Of a stretch of DNA of 64,000 nt, positions 20,341-31,947 are shown one piece after another (the first letter of the stretch is position 1; each line of letters starts with the position of its first letter). The notes under the pieces are model-generated. The model saw only the letters and a program-made list of their open reading frames with translations. It was not told the DNA's origin and searched no databases. Source of the stretch: an uncultured Pseudomonadota bacterium (GTDB lineage: Bacteria; Oederibacteriota; Muellerivitia; Muellerivitales; Muellerivitaceae); the NCBI GenBank assembly GCA_963836235.1, contig CAWIIP010000002.1, positions 1,280,001-1,344,000 on the forward strand, in the 5' to 3' direction. Position numbers and translations under genes: made by a program.

Positions 20341-20688
20341 ATGCGCTATATGGCTTTGTGGCACCCGGTCAAGAACGCCGCTCCCCCAACGCAACAGCAC
20401 TACGCCGAAATGGGGAAGCTGATCGACGAAATGACGAAAGCGGGGGTATTACAGGATACGGGCGGGTGGGACGTGAAGGCACCTTCCATCGTCGTCAAGA
20501 ATGACGGCAAAAAGGTGACCGTCACCGACGGGCCCTACGCCGAGGCGAAAGAAATGATCGCCGGCTTCGCGATCTTCGAGGTGAAATCGAAGGAAGAGGC
20601 GGTGAAGTGGGGCAAGCGCTTCATCGAGATAGCGGGGGAGGGTTTTTCCGAGATGCGGGAGATACCACAGCCCCAACTGAAGAAGTAA
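20341..20688 (+). CDS. YciI/DGPF family protein
   Basis: VTDGPYAEAKEMIAGF..VKSKEEAVKW. Confidence 0.92.
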   Translation: MRYMALWHPVKNAAPPTQQHYAEMGKLIDEMTKAGVLQDTGGWDVKAPSIVVKNDGKKVTVTDGPYAEAKEMIAGFAIFEVKSKEEAVKWGKRFIEIAGEGFSEMREIPQPQLKK

Positions 20689-20761
20689 ACCGAAAGGCTG
20701 ATCCAACCCGGCCGGGCGAAGACTCGGTCTTATTCACTCTTAAAAACAAAGGAGAAATGAT

Positions 20762-21172
20762 ATGCGTTTCATGATGATGGTTATTCCCCCGGATTACGGG
20801 AAAGCGGCGCCGGATGCTATGCCGGACCCGAAGCAGGTTGAGCTGATGATGAAGTACAACGAGAGCCTGCAGAAGGCCGGGGTGCTGTTGGAACTCAACG
20901 GGCTTTACCCCCCCTCGGCGGGCACCCGGGTGGTCTATTCCAAGGGCGGTAAGCCCAAGGTGATTGACGGGCCCTTCAGCGAGGCGAAGGAATCCATCGG
21001 GGGCTACTGGATGATCCAGGTGAAATCGAAGGAAGAAGCCATCGAATGGGCCTCCCGGGTTCCCTTCCTCGGCGAGGAAACGGTGGAGATCCGGCAGGTG
21101 CACGAGATGACCGACTTCTCTCCCGACGTCCAGAAGGCCGCCCAGGGCTTTGAGGAAATGCAGAAAAAGTGA
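20762..21172 (+). CDS. YciI/DGPF family protein
   Basis: VIDGPFSEAKESIGGYWMIQVKSKEEAIEWA..EIRQV. Confidence 0.93.
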   Translation: MRFMMMVIPPDYGKAAPDAMPDPKQVELMMKYNESLQKAGVLLELNGLYPPSAGTRVVYSKGGKPKVIDGPFSEAKESIGGYWMIQVKSKEEAIEWASRVPFLGEETVEIRQVHEMTDFSPDVQKAAQGFEEMQKK

Positions 21173-21184
21173 GGACGGCCTGAG

Positions 21185-22442
21185 TTGAGCGAGTCCAACG
21201 CCTATCGCGCCATCGAGGCGGTTTGGCGCATCGAGTCGGCCCGGCTCATCGCCGGGCTGACCCGCATGACGCGCGACGTGGGGCTGGCGGAGGACTTCGC
21301 CCAGGAAGCCCTGGTGGCGGCGCTGGAGCGCTGGCCCCGGACGGGCGTGCCGGACAACCCAGGCGCCTGGCTGATGACCACCGCCAAAAACCGGGCCTTG
21401 GACCTTTTCCGCCGCCGGGAAATGCTGGACCGCAAGCACGGGGAACTGGGCCATGAGATGGAAAACCAACGGGAGGAGAAAGCCCAGGAGGGGGAGGACA
21501 AGATGGACGACAGCTTCGGCGACGACCTTTTGCGCCTGGTGTTCATCTCCTGCCATCCGGTGCTGGCGCCCGAGTCACGGGTGGCGCTGACGCTTCGACT
21601 GCTCGGCGGATTGACCACGCCGGAAATCGCGCGGGCATTCCTGGTGCCCGAGCCCACCGTGGCCCAGCGCATTGTGCGGGCCAAACGGACCCTGGCGGAA
21701 GCCAAGGTGCCCTTCGAGGTGCCCCGGAAAGAGGAACTGGCGGGCCGCCTGGCCTCAGTGCTGGAAGTCTTGTACCTCATTTTCAACGAGGGCTACGCGG
21801 CCACCGCCGGAGGCGATTGGATACGCCCGGCCCTCTGCGAGGACGCCCTGCGCCTGGGCCGTATTTTGGAGGGGCTGGCCCCCGAAGAGCCGGAAGCGCA
21901 CGGCCTGGTGGCGCTGATGGAAATCCAGGCCTCGCGTTTGGGATCTCGGGTAGGCCCGGAAGGTGAACCCATTCTCTTACTCGACCAGAACCGTTCCCGC
22001 TGGGACCATGTGCTGATTCGCCGGGGCCTGGCCGCTTTGGAAAAGGCCGAATCGCTTTCCCCCGCCCGGGGCCCCTATACCCTGCAAGCCGCCATCGCCG
22101 CATGCCACGCCCGGGCCAAAACGCCGGAGGAGACGGACTGGACCCGCATCGCCTCCCTCTACGACGAGCTGGCCAACCTAACGCCCTCGCCCATCGTGGA
22201 ACTCAACCGGGCGGTGGCCCTTTCCATGGCCTTCGGACCGGCGGTGGGCCTGGAGCTGGTCGATAAACTAATCGCCGAGCCCTCGCTGAAGAACTACCAC
22301 CTCTTACCGAGCGTCCGGGGCGACTTTCTGGCCAAGCTGGGACGCGTTCGAGGAAGCTCGGGCGGAGATGGAGAAAGCCGCCGCCCTCACGCAGAACGAG
22401 CAGGAACGCAGGATGTTGTTGAAGCGAGCTTCCGCGTTATAA
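21185..22442 (+). CDS. ECF42-type sigma factor with TPR-like C-terminal extension; +1 frameshift near 22346
   Basis: AEDFAQEA, LRLVFISCHPVL, YLIFNEGY and GPYTLQAAIAACHA. Removing one base near 22346 restores GRFEEARAEMEKAAALTQNEQERRMLLKRASAL-stop at 22442. Confidence 0.88.
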
Positions 22443-22507
22443 AAATTTCTTAGTATGATTGGCCTTAGGAGAAAAGAGAGGGATCAAATAGTCAGAATAA
22501 TTTTGGG

Positions 22508-25500
22508 TCAACGCAATATGGCTACTTTACCTCTTTGGGTAATGGTGGAAGTTCCGTCATTGGCTTCTACCGCGTAAAGATAAAGCCCGCTGGCCACGGG
22601 GACGCCCGATTGGTTTTCCAGGTTCCAGGCGAGGCTATTGCGCCCGCTATTACCCTCTACCGAACCTTCCCAAACTATCTCACCCGTGATGTCGAAAAGG
22701 ACCAGGTTGATTTGTCCGGGCGTCTGCAAATTGACCAGGAAATGGATCGGTTCCCCGTTTCGGGAAACGTTGGGGGCCGCCACGATGAACGGTACCGTCC
22801 CGTTGCCCGAGGTGGGCGTTAGGCTGGGCGTCCCTTCCATGCGCTGGGCCAAGGCCGGCACGGCGGGGGACGCGGGAGTGCAAGTCGGATTCGGGCGGCA
22901 GGAAGGCGGCACTCCTCCCGAAGCCGTCACCAGGTTCCCCTGGTAATAAATCGCGTAATTAACGTTAACCGCATAGGCGGTTCCCCCGCCCACGCCGCAG
23001 GGGCTGTACCAATCCGCGGAACCGGGATTGAAATTGGGGTAATTGTTAATATGGATCGCCGTTTGAATGTTGCCCCAGGTCGTTCCCGCGCTCAAGCTGG
23101 CGGTGTCCGTGGTGGAAACCGTGACTTCCCAATTAGCCTGCTGACTGGGCCCAGGCCCGCAGGCCGGGAAAAAGTTCACAGCGTTGATGGCCACTCCTGA
23201 AACAGCCGTGTTGCTCGGCCCGTTACCACCCCCATAATTCACTGCCCCCGCCACCGTGTCGGCCCCAACCAGGGTGTAGTTGATGTCGTCCACCCAAAAC
23301 TTGATGGTGATCAGGTTTAAGTTCACAGCGCTGGTTCCGGCGTTGATCACCTCGAAGGTTTCGTTCGCCTGGTTGGCCGCGCAGGTCGTGAATTCCTCCA
23401 GTTGTAGGTCAATGGAGCTGGTACCACAGACGACTCCCATCGTCGGCGAAAGGGTCGGGGTGTAGCTGGCCGTCGGGGTGGAAGTCAGGGTTGGTGTCTT
23501 CGTCGGGCTGTTGGTAGTCGTGAGGGTGGAAGTCCTTGAGGGGCTATTGGTGGGTGTGGGAGTTAAAGTGTTGGTCGGCGTGGGGGTGGTGCTGTTGGTG
23601 GGCGTCAAGGTCGAAGTGAAAGTCGGGGTAAGGGTGGAAGAGGGGGTGGGGGAAAGGGTTGGCGTGGCGGTGGCGGTGCTGGACGCCGTAACCGTCGGGC
23701 TATTGGTCGGCGTAACCGTGGCCGTTGAGGTGGCGGTTTGGGTCGGCGTCGAAGTCGCGGTGGGGATGGGGCTTGGCGAAGGGGTGGCGGTCGCGGTGGG
23801 CGGGATGCAAACCAGGCAAGCCTGGGGCGCGAAGACTTCCACTTCATCCAAAGCCGATAGCGCGACGTACAAGTACCCGTTCTTATCCGTCCCGATCCCG
23901 TAGACCGTTCCCGCTCCCGAGGCATAGTTGATCGAAGTGAGGTAAGGGACGCCGCCGGGCCCGAAGAGCAGTACCCGTCCATTGGTCGAATCGTCCACAA
24001 AAACCCGGCCGCAGCCGTCGACGGCCACGTCATCCACCGCCCCGCCCGTCTGTCCCGTTCCCGTTCCAGCGGTCGTAATGACCGGTTGAGCGACACCCGC
24101 CGAGTTGTATTTTTGGACATTCCCCAGGGAGTCCGAAACATAGACGTTGGTCTGGCCGTCCACGGCGACTCCCAAGGAAGGCGTTCCCGTATTCACGAAT
24201 AAGCTTTGAGCGTACAAGGGCTGGTAAAAAGCAAAAACTCGATCGTGGGAGTTATCCGCGATGTAAAGGTTGCCTGATCCATCCTCACCGATTCCCCAAA
24301 AGGACACGGGGCTCGAATTACCGCTGCTATGAAGTGTTCCAGAGGGAATATTGAAAATGTCATATCCACTTGAGCTCACCGCGTAAAGATACTGCGCGTC
24401 CGCCGTTAAATGGTAGGGGGCTGTTCCTAACGAGGTGATGGTCCAGGTTGCCACCGCGGTCGGAGCCGTCGGAGGGCCATTCCACTCGGTGATACGTCCG
24501 GTGGAATCGGCGACGTAAATATTACCCGAGGGGTCCACAGCCACGTCATAGGGGGTTTCAAACTGGCCCAGGCCCGTTCCCGGCGACCCGAAGGTACTCA
24601 CCAGGGTAAAAGTGCAGGTGGTCGCCGTCGGGGTGACCGTCACCGTGGAAGTGACCGTCGAGGTAGCGCTGTTAGTGGGAGTAAGGGCCGGGGTGTTCGT
24701 GGGAGTGACCGTTAGCGAGAAAGTCGGAGTGCCCGTCAAGGACGAGGTGGCTGTCAAAGTCGCGGTTCCGGTTAAGGTCCTAGTGGGTGAAGTCGTGGGC
24801 GTATTGGTGCGGGTGTTGGTGACCGTAGTGGTCGGAGAGTTCGTCAGGGTTTTAGTCACCGTGGAGGTGGGCGTAGGGCTGGCGGTAAAAGAAGGCGTCC
24901 CCGTGACTGTCCGGGTGGCTGTGTTGGCCGGGGTAGAAGTTTTGGTTCCCGTCGGCGTCAAAGTAGCCGTTTTAGTCGGCGTCTTGGTGGCGGTCCTTGT
25001 CGCCGTTTGGGTCGGCGTCCCGGTCTTAGTGGCCGTGCGAGTGGGTGTACCGCTGGGAGTAAGGGTCGCCGTTTTAGTGGGTGTCCCCGTAACTGTGCGG
25101 GTGGCCGTGTTGGCTGGGGTGGAGGTTTTGGTTCTCGTCGGCGTCAAGGTGGCGGTCAGGGTTGGCGTCCGGGTAGCGGTCAAGGTCGCCGTCCGGGTGG
25201 GCGAACCAGTGGCCGTCAAGGTCAAGGTAGTGGTAACCGTGTTCGTGGCCGATGAAGTGGAGCTATTGGTGGGCGTGGTGGTCACCGTAGAGGTGGGCGA
25301 ATTGCTGGCTGTGACGCTGGCGGTGCCGGTGGCGCTGTTCGTCGCCGTTGGGGTGGCTGTGCCGGAGGCGGTGCCCGTGGCGCTATTCGTCGCCGTTGGG
25401 GTGGGGGTAAGCGTGGCGGTCAAAGTCGCAGTACCGGTTGGGGTGTTGCTATAGGTCGGCGTCGGGGGCACGCAAGGACATCCGGCGATGACCGTGATTC

Positions 25501-28279
25501 CGGTATTAGCGGAGTTCGAGTTTCCGATGCCCACATAAACGTTCCCAGTGCCGTCGAAGGCGATTCCCCGGGGGGCGTAGGAAAGGGTGCAGGCATGGTC
25601 GAAGGTCCAGGTCGGCGCCCCCGTGATGTCATAGACGTTCAGCACGCCGGTGAGCGCGTTGGTGACGTAACCATGGGTGTTGCAGGCGTCCAACCGGACG
25701 TAATAAGGATTCATCATCGTCGGCGGCACTCCCGCGATGGGCGGAGTCTGCAGGTTATAGGCGCCGGCAGAGTAGGAATAGGCTTCTAAAATTCCGGCCA
25801 GGCCCGCGTTGACGTTTTCCACCGCGTAAAGTGTCGTTCCGGCCGAATTCATCGCCACGCAGGACAATCCCTGCAGGCCGCTGGCGGCCGTTGCCTTCAA
25901 GCTGTAGCTGATGCCCGATCCGTCATAACGGTATACAAACCCGTCATATGTCGCCACATATAAGGCGTTGTTCACTCCACCGGCTCCACCATTAGGCTGG
26001 AACCAAAGGGCTTGCGAGGAATCCGAACCGGGCAAGGTAATGGTGGCCTCTAAAGCATAAGGGGAATTGGCTTGGTATATTTGGACTTGACCGTTGTCCG
26101 TGAAGACATAACCACCGACCGAGTCCACCGTCAAATCATCGATCGTACCACTTCCAAATTGGACACCCGCTCCCCCCAAAAGGGTAAAGGCAAGGGGTCC
26201 GATGGGTCCGGGAGCCAAATCCGCCGCGTACAACATCGAATTAACGCTGTCATAAGCCAATCCGGCGCCGGCCCGGGCGAAACCCGTATAGGCCAAGGGC
26301 AAGCCGGTACAGCTGTTGCAGACCGTGGGCTGTGGGGTCGGCGTGAAGCTGGGGGTGGGGCTGGGGAATCCTGGGGTGGGTCCGATGATCATCGCGCATT
26401 TAGGGCTGCCTAAACCCGTGGTCAGGTTGTAACCGGCCAGGGCGGTGTAGAGTCCGCTGCCCGAATAATTATTGTTGCTGCCGTCGTTGATGTTGTTGAA
26501 GTAGGCGCCGCTATAGGGCCCGGGGTAGCCCGCCAGGGAATAAAGCGTGGGGTTGGCGAATCCGACGGTTCCCCCACCGGTGGACTCCGACTGCTGGTTC
26601 AACAAGGCGGTGAAGCCGGCCCACAATGGAGCGGCGGCGCTGGTGCCCGCTTCCAGGGTTTGGAGCCCGTCCTGGGTATAGATGTAAATATCGTCCGCCA
26701 AAAAGGCGACGTCCGGGATGTTCCGGTAGGTGGATGAAACCTGTGGATTGGCGGAGGTGATGCCGTTTTGCCAGGCCGGGAAAGGAAGACCCGCTGGATT
26801 GTCCGAGGTGGAGCCACAATAGCCCCCCCCGCTCACCGAGTTGCCGGGCTTTTCATTGGGATCGTTCCAGGTGGTTTCCGAGACATAGAACCCGGCCGAG
26901 GTCCCGAACGTGCCAGAGCTCACCAAGGAAGTCCCCCCGCAAACCGTCATCAAGGGCGTCATGATCGTCGGCTGCCAAACATCGGGAAACACCGAACCGG
27001 CAATGTTATAAGCGCCTAAATCACCGGACGCCTGGAAAAAGGATTGCCCTTGCGCGGCGTACTCTAAAAAAATATTGGTGACGTTGGGATCGACAAGTCC
27101 GGACCAGGCCCAAGAACTGCTGATTTGCTGGGCCAAGTCGTCCTCGGCGATGCGGCTTAAAACATCGTCGGGGTTGAAGGCAAAATTGAAGAGCGCGCAA
27201 TTGGAGGGCTGGTTGTTGGGCCCCTCGTAAACCAGGATGGTCGCATTGGGCGCCATGGACCAGGCCATGTCAATATCCAGGATCACTTCGTCCTCGGCGC
27301 AACTGGGCGGTTGGGGCCCTAATTCATCCACGGGAACGATTGTGAGATTGGGAAAAGGGAGCGTAGTGTAGTTGGAATAATCGACCACATCCGTCTCGTA
27401 ATAATTATCCGCCTCAAAAAGCGCGATGGTTTGCCCGGCACCGGAGGAAAGAGTGCAGTTAGAAAAATAGACGTTGCGGATGTCATAGCCGGTATAGGTA
27501 TAGCCGGATACTCCCGGGAAGAAGTCGCCGATGGGAAGTCCCGTGCCGGAGTTGGGCTGGATTTGCAGTTTACCGGCGGCCGAAGGTTTAGCCTTCCCCA
27601 CCGGCGATAAAGCCTTCCTTCCGAAAGAATGGTTGAAATGGCGGATCTCGCCGGAATTATCCAGGCCCGAGATATGCTCAAGGGGCACGTCCAGGTCAAG
27701 GGAAGGTTCGTTTTCTGGGGCGAAAAATTGGCGCCCATCCGGACGCTGGTAGATATGCAACCGAACGTTGAACGCCTTTTGGACGGCATCTGCGGTTCCG
27801 CTCACGTCCAGCAACAATCGGTTCTTGTGAGTTTGCGTGACGCTTAGACCTTGCGATCGAACGAAAGCGGCCAGTGCCCGGTAATCCGAATCTGTGGGCC
27901 CGAACATTTCCGTGAATTGGTCCGGTTTCAAATAATGGCGATACAGCGAGCTCTTGGGGTCGGAAAGCCCGTCAACCAGTTCTTGCAGCTTAATTTTATT
28001 GCGAAGGGGAAGACCGATGGCGAGGTTGAGGGTCTGGTTGGCGGGGACATCTCCAACTATAGAGGCCTTAGCCAAGTCCGCTGGTACATGGCCCTTGAGG
28101 GTTTGTCGCCCATGGGTACCGGGGGTCGATTGGAAACCAGCCAGGAGCAGGGCAACGGGGGCCAAAAAGAGCCCGATTCGGATGCCCCCATTCCAACCCT
28201 TGAAAATATTTTTTTTCGGGATCATAAATTTTAAAAATACCTTTTGTGGCGACCGGGTTAATATTTTTTTTATAAACAC
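22508..28279 (-). CDS. Multidomain secreted S53 (sedolisin/kumamolisin) peptidase
   Basis: Prodomain, catalytic EVILD, ASGD and GTSAAAP motifs, a propeller, Thr/Pro linkers, NHL repeats, a CBM3-like domain and a T9SS-CTD/FlgD-Ig-like tail. Start may be 28225. Confidence 0.88.
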   Translation of the reverse strand: MFIKKILTRSPQKVFLKFMIPKKNIFKGWNGGIRIGLFLAPVALLLAGFQSTPGTHGRQTLKGHVPADLAKASIVGDVPANQTLNLAIGLPLRNKIKLQELVDGLSDPKSSLYRHYLKPDQFTEMFGPTDSDYRALAAFVRSQGLSVTQTHKNRLLLDVSGTADAVQKAFNVRLHIYQRPDGRQFFAPENEPSLDLDVPLEHISGLDNSGEIRHFNHSFGRKALSPVGKAKPSAAGKLQIQPNSGTGLPIGDFFPGVSGYTYTGYDIRNVYFSNCTLSSGAGQTIALFEADNYYETDVVDYSNYTTLPFPNLTIVPVDELGPQPPSCAEDEVILDIDMAWSMAPNATILVYEGPNNQPSNCALFNFAFNPDDVLSRIAEDDLAQQISSSWAWSGLVDPNVTNIFLEYAAQGQSFFQASGDLGAYNIAGSVFPDVWQPTIMTPLMTVCGGTSLVSSGTFGTSAGFYVSETTWNDPNEKPGNSVSGGGYCGSTSDNPAGLPFPAWQNGITSANPQVSSTYRNIPDVAFLADDIYIYTQDGLQTLEAGTSAAAPLWAGFTALLNQQSESTGGGTVGFANPTLYSLAGYPGPYSGAYFNNINDGSNNNYSGSGLYTALAGYNLTTGLGSPKCAMIIGPTPGFPSPTPSFTPTPQPTVCNSCTGLPLAYTGFARAGAGLAYDSVNSMLYAADLAPGPIGPLAFTLLGGAGVQFGSGTIDDLTVDSVGGYVFTDNGQVQIYQANSPYALEATITLPGSDSSQALWFQPNGGAGGVNNALYVATYDGFVYRYDGSGISYSLKATAASGLQGLSCVAMNSAGTTLYAVENVNAGLAGILEAYSYSAGAYNLQTPPIAGVPPTMMNPYYVRLDACNTHGYVTNALTGVLNVYDITGAPTWTFDHACTLSYAPRGIAFDGTGNVYVGIGNSNSANTGITVIAGCPCVPPTPTYSNTPTGTATLTATLTPTPTATNSATGTASGTATPTATNSATGTASVTASNSPTSTVTTTPTNSSTSSATNTVTTTLTLTATGSPTRTATLTATRTPTLTATLTPTRTKTSTPANTATRTVTGTPTKTATLTPSGTPTRTATKTGTPTQTATRTATKTPTKTATLTPTGTKTSTPANTATRTVTGTPSFTASPTPTSTVTKTLTNSPTTTVTNTRTNTPTTSPTRTLTGTATLTATSSLTGTPTFSLTVTPTNTPALTPTNSATSTVTSTVTVTPTATTCTFTLVSTFGSPGTGLGQFETPYDVAVDPSGNIYVADSTGRITEWNGPPTAPTAVATWTITSLGTAPYHLTADAQYLYAVSSSGYDIFNIPSGTLHSSGNSSPVSFWGIGEDGSGNLYIADNSHDRVFAFYQPLYAQSLFVNTGTPSLGVAVDGQTNVYVSDSLGNVQKYNSAGVAQPVITTAGTGTGQTGGAVDDVAVDGCGRVFVDDSTNGRVLLFGPGGVPYLTSINYASGAGTVYGIGTDKNGYLYVALSALDEVEVFAPQACLVCIPPTATATPSPSPIPTATSTPTQTATSTATVTPTNSPTVTASSTATATPTLSPTPSSTLTPTFTSTLTPTNSTTPTPTNTLTPTPTNSPSRTSTLTTTNSPTKTPTLTSTPTASYTPTLSPTMGVVCGTSSIDLQLEEFTTCAANQANETFEVINAGTSAVNLNLITIKFWVDDINYTLVGADTVAGAVNYGGGNGPSNTAVSGVAINAVNFFPACGPGPSQQANWEVTVSTTDTASLSAGTTWGNIQTAIHINNYPNFNPGSADWYSPCGVGGGTAYAVNVNYAIYYQGNLVTASGGVPPSCRPNPTCTPASPAVPALAQRMEGTPSLTPTSGNGTVPFIVAAPNVSRNGEPIHFLVNLQTPGQINLVLFDITGEIVWEGSVEGNSGRNSLAWNLENQSGVPVASGLYLYAVEANDGTSTITQRGKVAILR
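24620..25470 (-). repeat. Thr/Pro-rich coding repeat linker
   Basis: TPT/TAT repeats, including duplicated [18 protein letters not shown] and [13 protein letters not shown]. Confidence 0.85.
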
Positions 28280-28570
28280 TCATTGTTAAATTCTGGGCAA
28301 ATTCTAAGTCATTGTTTGTAAAAGTCTAACTAATAAAATTTTTTATTCGGAAAAGTAAAATCGATTTGAGGAGTCGAGCAAGCTTTCATAAAAATATTTG
28401 ACCGCTTTTAAAATAAAGTTGAAGAGAGAGAAACTTTGAAGAGATCCTGAAAAATTTAATTTCGTCGTGGAAAGAGCCGACTCATCAAAATGGAGTTTAA
28501 TTTATTTGAGGCTGTGCCCCAAACTGTTCCCGCCAAATAAAAGTTTTCAAAACTTACGTCGTGAATAGGG

Positions 28571-30949
28571 TTAGTAAGTGACTTCCACGCCCAGGTAAGG
28601 CAGGAAGGGCAGGTCCAGCTCTTCCGTGGTTTGGGTGTAATCGCTGTTGTATTGGTAGCCCAGGACGTTTTTGGTGTGGAAGAGATTGACGATATCCAGA
28701 TAAACCTTCCATTCCCAGGTGTCATAAACGGTCTTGAAGGATGTGGAAAAATCCACCCGCCGGTAATCGGGAAGCCGGGCGGAATCAGCGGAAGCGTAAA
28801 TCGGATCGTAAATAGTCGTGGGCGCCCCGTTGACGGTGACGACCGTGGAGGGCGCGGACAAGACCGGGGTCCAGGGGGCGCCGGTGGAGTAAAGGACCTT
28901 GAACCCAATGTCCCAGCCGGGGTTTAGCTTGTAACTTCCCACGATGGTGAGGACATTGGGCTCGTCATAGGCGAAGGGATAAGGGGTTTCGCCGGGGGCG
29001 TCCTGTCGCTGGGAAGAGCTGAGCGAATAGGCGATCCACCCGAAGAAGCGCTCGGTGGGAGGCTGTCGCAGGAAAAACTCCACACCCCGGGCGTATCCCG
29101 TTCCCGTGTTGAAATAACCCTCCCCCGGAATGGGGTTGGGATTGGTGACGATCTGGCTGGAAAAGTCTTTCTCATATCCTTCTACCCTGAATAAAAGGCC
29201 GGAGGCGTCCAACTTTTGCTCCACCCCCAAAACGCTGGCGATGGATTGTTCCGGCGCCAAGTGGGGATTGCCCAGATTCGAGTCCAAGTAAGGGAAGTCA
29301 CTGATGCGGTCCGGCGCCTCGTCGTAATAGCCCCAGGAAGCCTTGAGGGTGGTATCGTCCGTCAAATGGTAGGCGGCGGAAGCCCGGGGCGTGAGGAAGA
29401 GTGTGGAATCCGAATTGACGTAATCCGCCCGGGCCCCCAGGGAAAACTCCAGCCGCTTATCCAGCGTCTTGAATTTCTGGTCGAGGAAGGCGGAAAAATC
29501 GTTGGAGCTGGTGGTGCCCTGGGAGCGCACCTTGCCGTCGAGGGTCAAGTTGTTGCTGTACTGGTCGTTCAATTGGCTGGGAAAAATGGGGAAATAGGCG
29601 TTCAAGGCATTGATGAAATGGTCGTACTCCAGCCCCCCTTCCAGGCTGGTGTCGGCGTCGAAGGCATGGGTCAGAGAAGCCTTATCGCCGAAGTCCTCAA
29701 TGGTGGTGTCCTCATACAACCCAGGCCCTAAGGCGAAATTAAAATAAGTGTTCGTGTGGTAGGCCGTGTTGGCGATGATGTTTTGGCTGTCCGAAGCGTC
29801 CCGGTAATTAATCCCCTGGCTGTTGTAACCGTCGCTGAAATTAAAGCCTCCGGCCAAATCCGGGTCGTTGACCGCCACCGTCGCGGCGGCGGAAATGGAA
29901 CCCATGATGCTGTCGGTGCTTCCCAAGGCCACGAAATCGAAATGAACTTTCGGTGAGGGGTTGTAACTGTATTTCACCTGGTAATCGCTGAAGACCGGCA
30001 CCTCGATATCGCCCTGGGTGCCCGAGAAGTCCTTCAGGAAAAGGTCCAGGTAGCTCCGCCGCCCGGCGATGGCCAGGGAACTGTTGGAAGTAATGGGCCC
30101 TTCCGTCTCGAACTCAGAGAGGAATAGGTTCACGTCCTCGCGGAAGCCCCAGCGGTCCGAGCGGGAGTCCCGCTGGGTCAGGTCCACGAGGCCGCCCATG
30201 GAATTGGGGAACTGGGGGCCGAACCCTCCGGCATAAAAGTCGATGTCCTTGATTAGGTTGGAGTCGAGGGTCGAGACGATCCCGAAGTGGTAGGGAAAGT
30301 CGATGGGCACGTTGTCCACGTAATATTGGTTGTCGTCGGGCCCGCTTCCCCGTACCAAAAGTTGGCCATTGAGCGATCCGGCGGTGATGACCCCGGGCAG
30401 GGCTTGGAGGGCCTTCAACACGTCCTCCTGGGTGCCTGGCACGTTGGTCAGTTCCTGTTTGGAAAGGGATTCCTGGCTGACCTGGGTTTTCGCGACCTTA
30501 TCGGTGGAAACCACCACTTCCGGCAGGGTGAACCCGTCCCGCTCCAGGTAAAAATCTTTTCGCGTGTCCTTGCCGATGGGAAGGGAAACCAGGGTGGCTT
30601 TCTTGAACCCCTCACCCGCCACCGTCAGGCGGTAAGTGCCGGGTGGCACCGAAAGCTTGTAATTTCCCTTTAAGTCCGCGTCGGCTGAGAAAGTGGCTGG
30701 GGTAGTAATCGCTTCCGTTGGGGTGGAGGATTCGGTTGCGAGGGTGTTTCCTACCGCCTCCAAATAAAGGCTTCCCCCAATGACCGGAGCCCGGTTTCCC
30801 TTTTCCAATATTCGGCCCGAAAGGAGATATAGAGAGGAGGTGGAAGGGGTACCTTCGGGCGTTGGCGTTTGGGCTTGGACAAGCGGACAAAAACCGGAAA
30901 GTAACAGGACTAAAACCGATAGCCTGGTTCCCGAAACTTTCATAGCCAC
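28571..30949 (-). CDS. TonB-dependent receptor
   Basis: Signal peptide, N-terminal Ig-like domain, plug motifs (LQALPGV, VRGSG, DFYAGGF), RLPDYRRVD and a terminal aromatic residue. Confidence 0.92.
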   Translation of the reverse strand: MAMKVSGTRLSVLVLLLSGFCPLVQAQTPTPEGTPSTSSLYLLSGRILEKGNRAPVIGGSLYLEAVGNTLATESSTPTEAITTPATFSADADLKGNYKLSVPPGTYRLTVAGEGFKKATLVSLPIGKDTRKDFYLERDGFTLPEVVVSTDKVAKTQVSQESLSKQELTNVPGTQEDVLKALQALPGVITAGSLNGQLLVRGSGPDDNQYYVDNVPIDFPYHFGIVSTLDSNLIKDIDFYAGGFGPQFPNSMGGLVDLTQRDSRSDRWGFREDVNLFLSEFETEGPITSNSSLAIAGRRSYLDLFLKDFSGTQGDIEVPVFSDYQVKYSYNPSPKVHFDFVALGSTDSIMGSISAAATVAVNDPDLAGGFNFSDGYNSQGINYRDASDSQNIIANTAYHTNTYFNFALGPGLYEDTTIEDFGDKASLTHAFDADTSLEGGLEYDHFINALNAYFPIFPSQLNDQYSNNLTLDGKVRSQGTTSSNDFSAFLDQKFKTLDKRLEFSLGARADYVNSDSTLFLTPRASAAYHLTDDTTLKASWGYYDEAPDRISDFPYLDSNLGNPHLAPEQSIASVLGVEQKLDASGLLFRVEGYEKDFSSQIVTNPNPIPGEGYFNTGTGYARGVEFFLRQPPTERFFGWIAYSLSSSQRQDAPGETPYPFAYDEPNVLTIVGSYKLNPGWDIGFKVLYSTGAPWTPVLSAPSTVVTVNGAPTTIYDPIYASADSARLPDYRRVDFSTSFKTVYDTWEWKVYLDIVNLFHTKNVLGYQYNSDYTQTTEELDLPFLPYLGVEVTY

Positions 30950-30952
30950 TCC

Positions 30953-31543
30953 TTATCCATTAATTTCAAAGCGGTAGGGAATCTTAATTCTCACCGGCAC
31001 CGGCTCCGAACCCGCGTAGGCGGGGGTGAAGGTCGATTGCTTCATGGCGGCCGCCGCCGCCTCGTCGCAGCCGGAACCCAAACCCTGGAGCACTTCCACG
31101 TCCATCACCGCCCCCGTGGCGTCGATATCCACCTGCAAAATCACCACGCCCTCGATGCCGGCGCGCTTGGCCGAATCGGGGTAAAGGGGTTTGACCTGTG
31201 TAACGAAGTGGGGCAGTTGGCTGACCTGGGCCACGGACCGGATGGCGCCGGTTCCCTGCCCTATCTCGGCCGCTTGGGCGGCGGACGCGGGCGTCGGCAC
31301 TTCTTTGGGTTTGGGAAGGGGAAGCCGGGCCATCCGGCGGAGCATCGGCTTTTGCCAGATGTCCTCCTTCGGCGGCTGGTAAAGGGCGGCGGACTTGGAG
31401 GGGGCGAAGTCCAATGTAACCGTGGTTAGGTCCAGAAAGTGGGAACGCCCGATAAAAAGAACGGACAGGATAAAAGCCAGATGCGTCCCGACGGACAAAG
31501 CCCAGGAAAGAGGGGGCAAGGATAGGAAGTTGCGGCCCTTCAC
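30953..31543 (-). CDS. tonB: Energy transducer TonB
   Basis: TM segment with SxxxH, and C-terminal YPDSAKRAGIEGVVIL..FTPA. Confidence 0.9.
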   Translation of the reverse strand: MKGRNFLSLPPLSWALSVGTHLAFILSVLFIGRSHFLDLTTVTLDFAPSKSAALYQPPKEDIWQKPMLRRMARLPLPKPKEVPTPASAAQAAEIGQGTGAIRSVAQVSQLPHFVTQVKPLYPDSAKRAGIEGVVILQVDIDATGAVMDVEVLQGLGSGCDEAAAAAMKQSTFTPAYAGSEPVPVRIKIPYRFEING

Positions 31544-31944
31544 GGCTTCTCCGCTCCCAGGGCCACCTGGCTGACGCCCGCCTGGCGCACCATGTCCAAA
31601 ACTTCCATGACCTTCTGGTAGTCCACCGATCCGTCGGCGGAAAGCACCACCCGTAATTCGGGATTTGTGATGGCGGATTCCTTGAGTTGGGTGGACAAAT
31701 CGGTTTTCTCGGTTTTCTTACCCTGGTAAAAAATTTCGTCCTTGGTATTCAGGACGATGGAAACGCTTCGGGGAAGGGATGGGTCCGTGCTGTAGGATTT
31801 GGGCAGGTGGACCGGAACCGAGGGCGTGGCGATGAAACTGGCGGTCAGCATGAAGATGATTAAGAGCACCAGCATGATATCCACCAGCGGCACCACGTTG
31901 ATCTGCGTGATGGGCTCGTCCGGATCGTGGGTGGAAGCGGCCAT
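31540..31944 (-). CDS. exbD: ExbD/TolR
   Basis: INVVPLVDIMLVLLIIFM and ADGSVDY. Confidence 0.92.
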   Translation of the reverse strand: MAASTHDPDEPITQINVVPLVDIMLVLLIIFMLTASFIATPSVPVHLPKSYSTDPSLPRSVSIVLNTKDEIFYQGKKTEKTDLSTQLKESAITNPELRVVLSADGSVDYQKVMEVLDMVRQAGVSQVALGAEKP

Positions 31945-31947
31945 CGT

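Noticed and set aside
20067-20504. 145-aa ORF starting in the palindrome cluster
   Set aside because: It translates the repeats and overlaps the YciI gene out of frame.
28280-28570. AT-rich intergenic region as a replication origin
   Set aside because: No DnaA-box cluster or dnaA context seen. More likely the protease promoter region.
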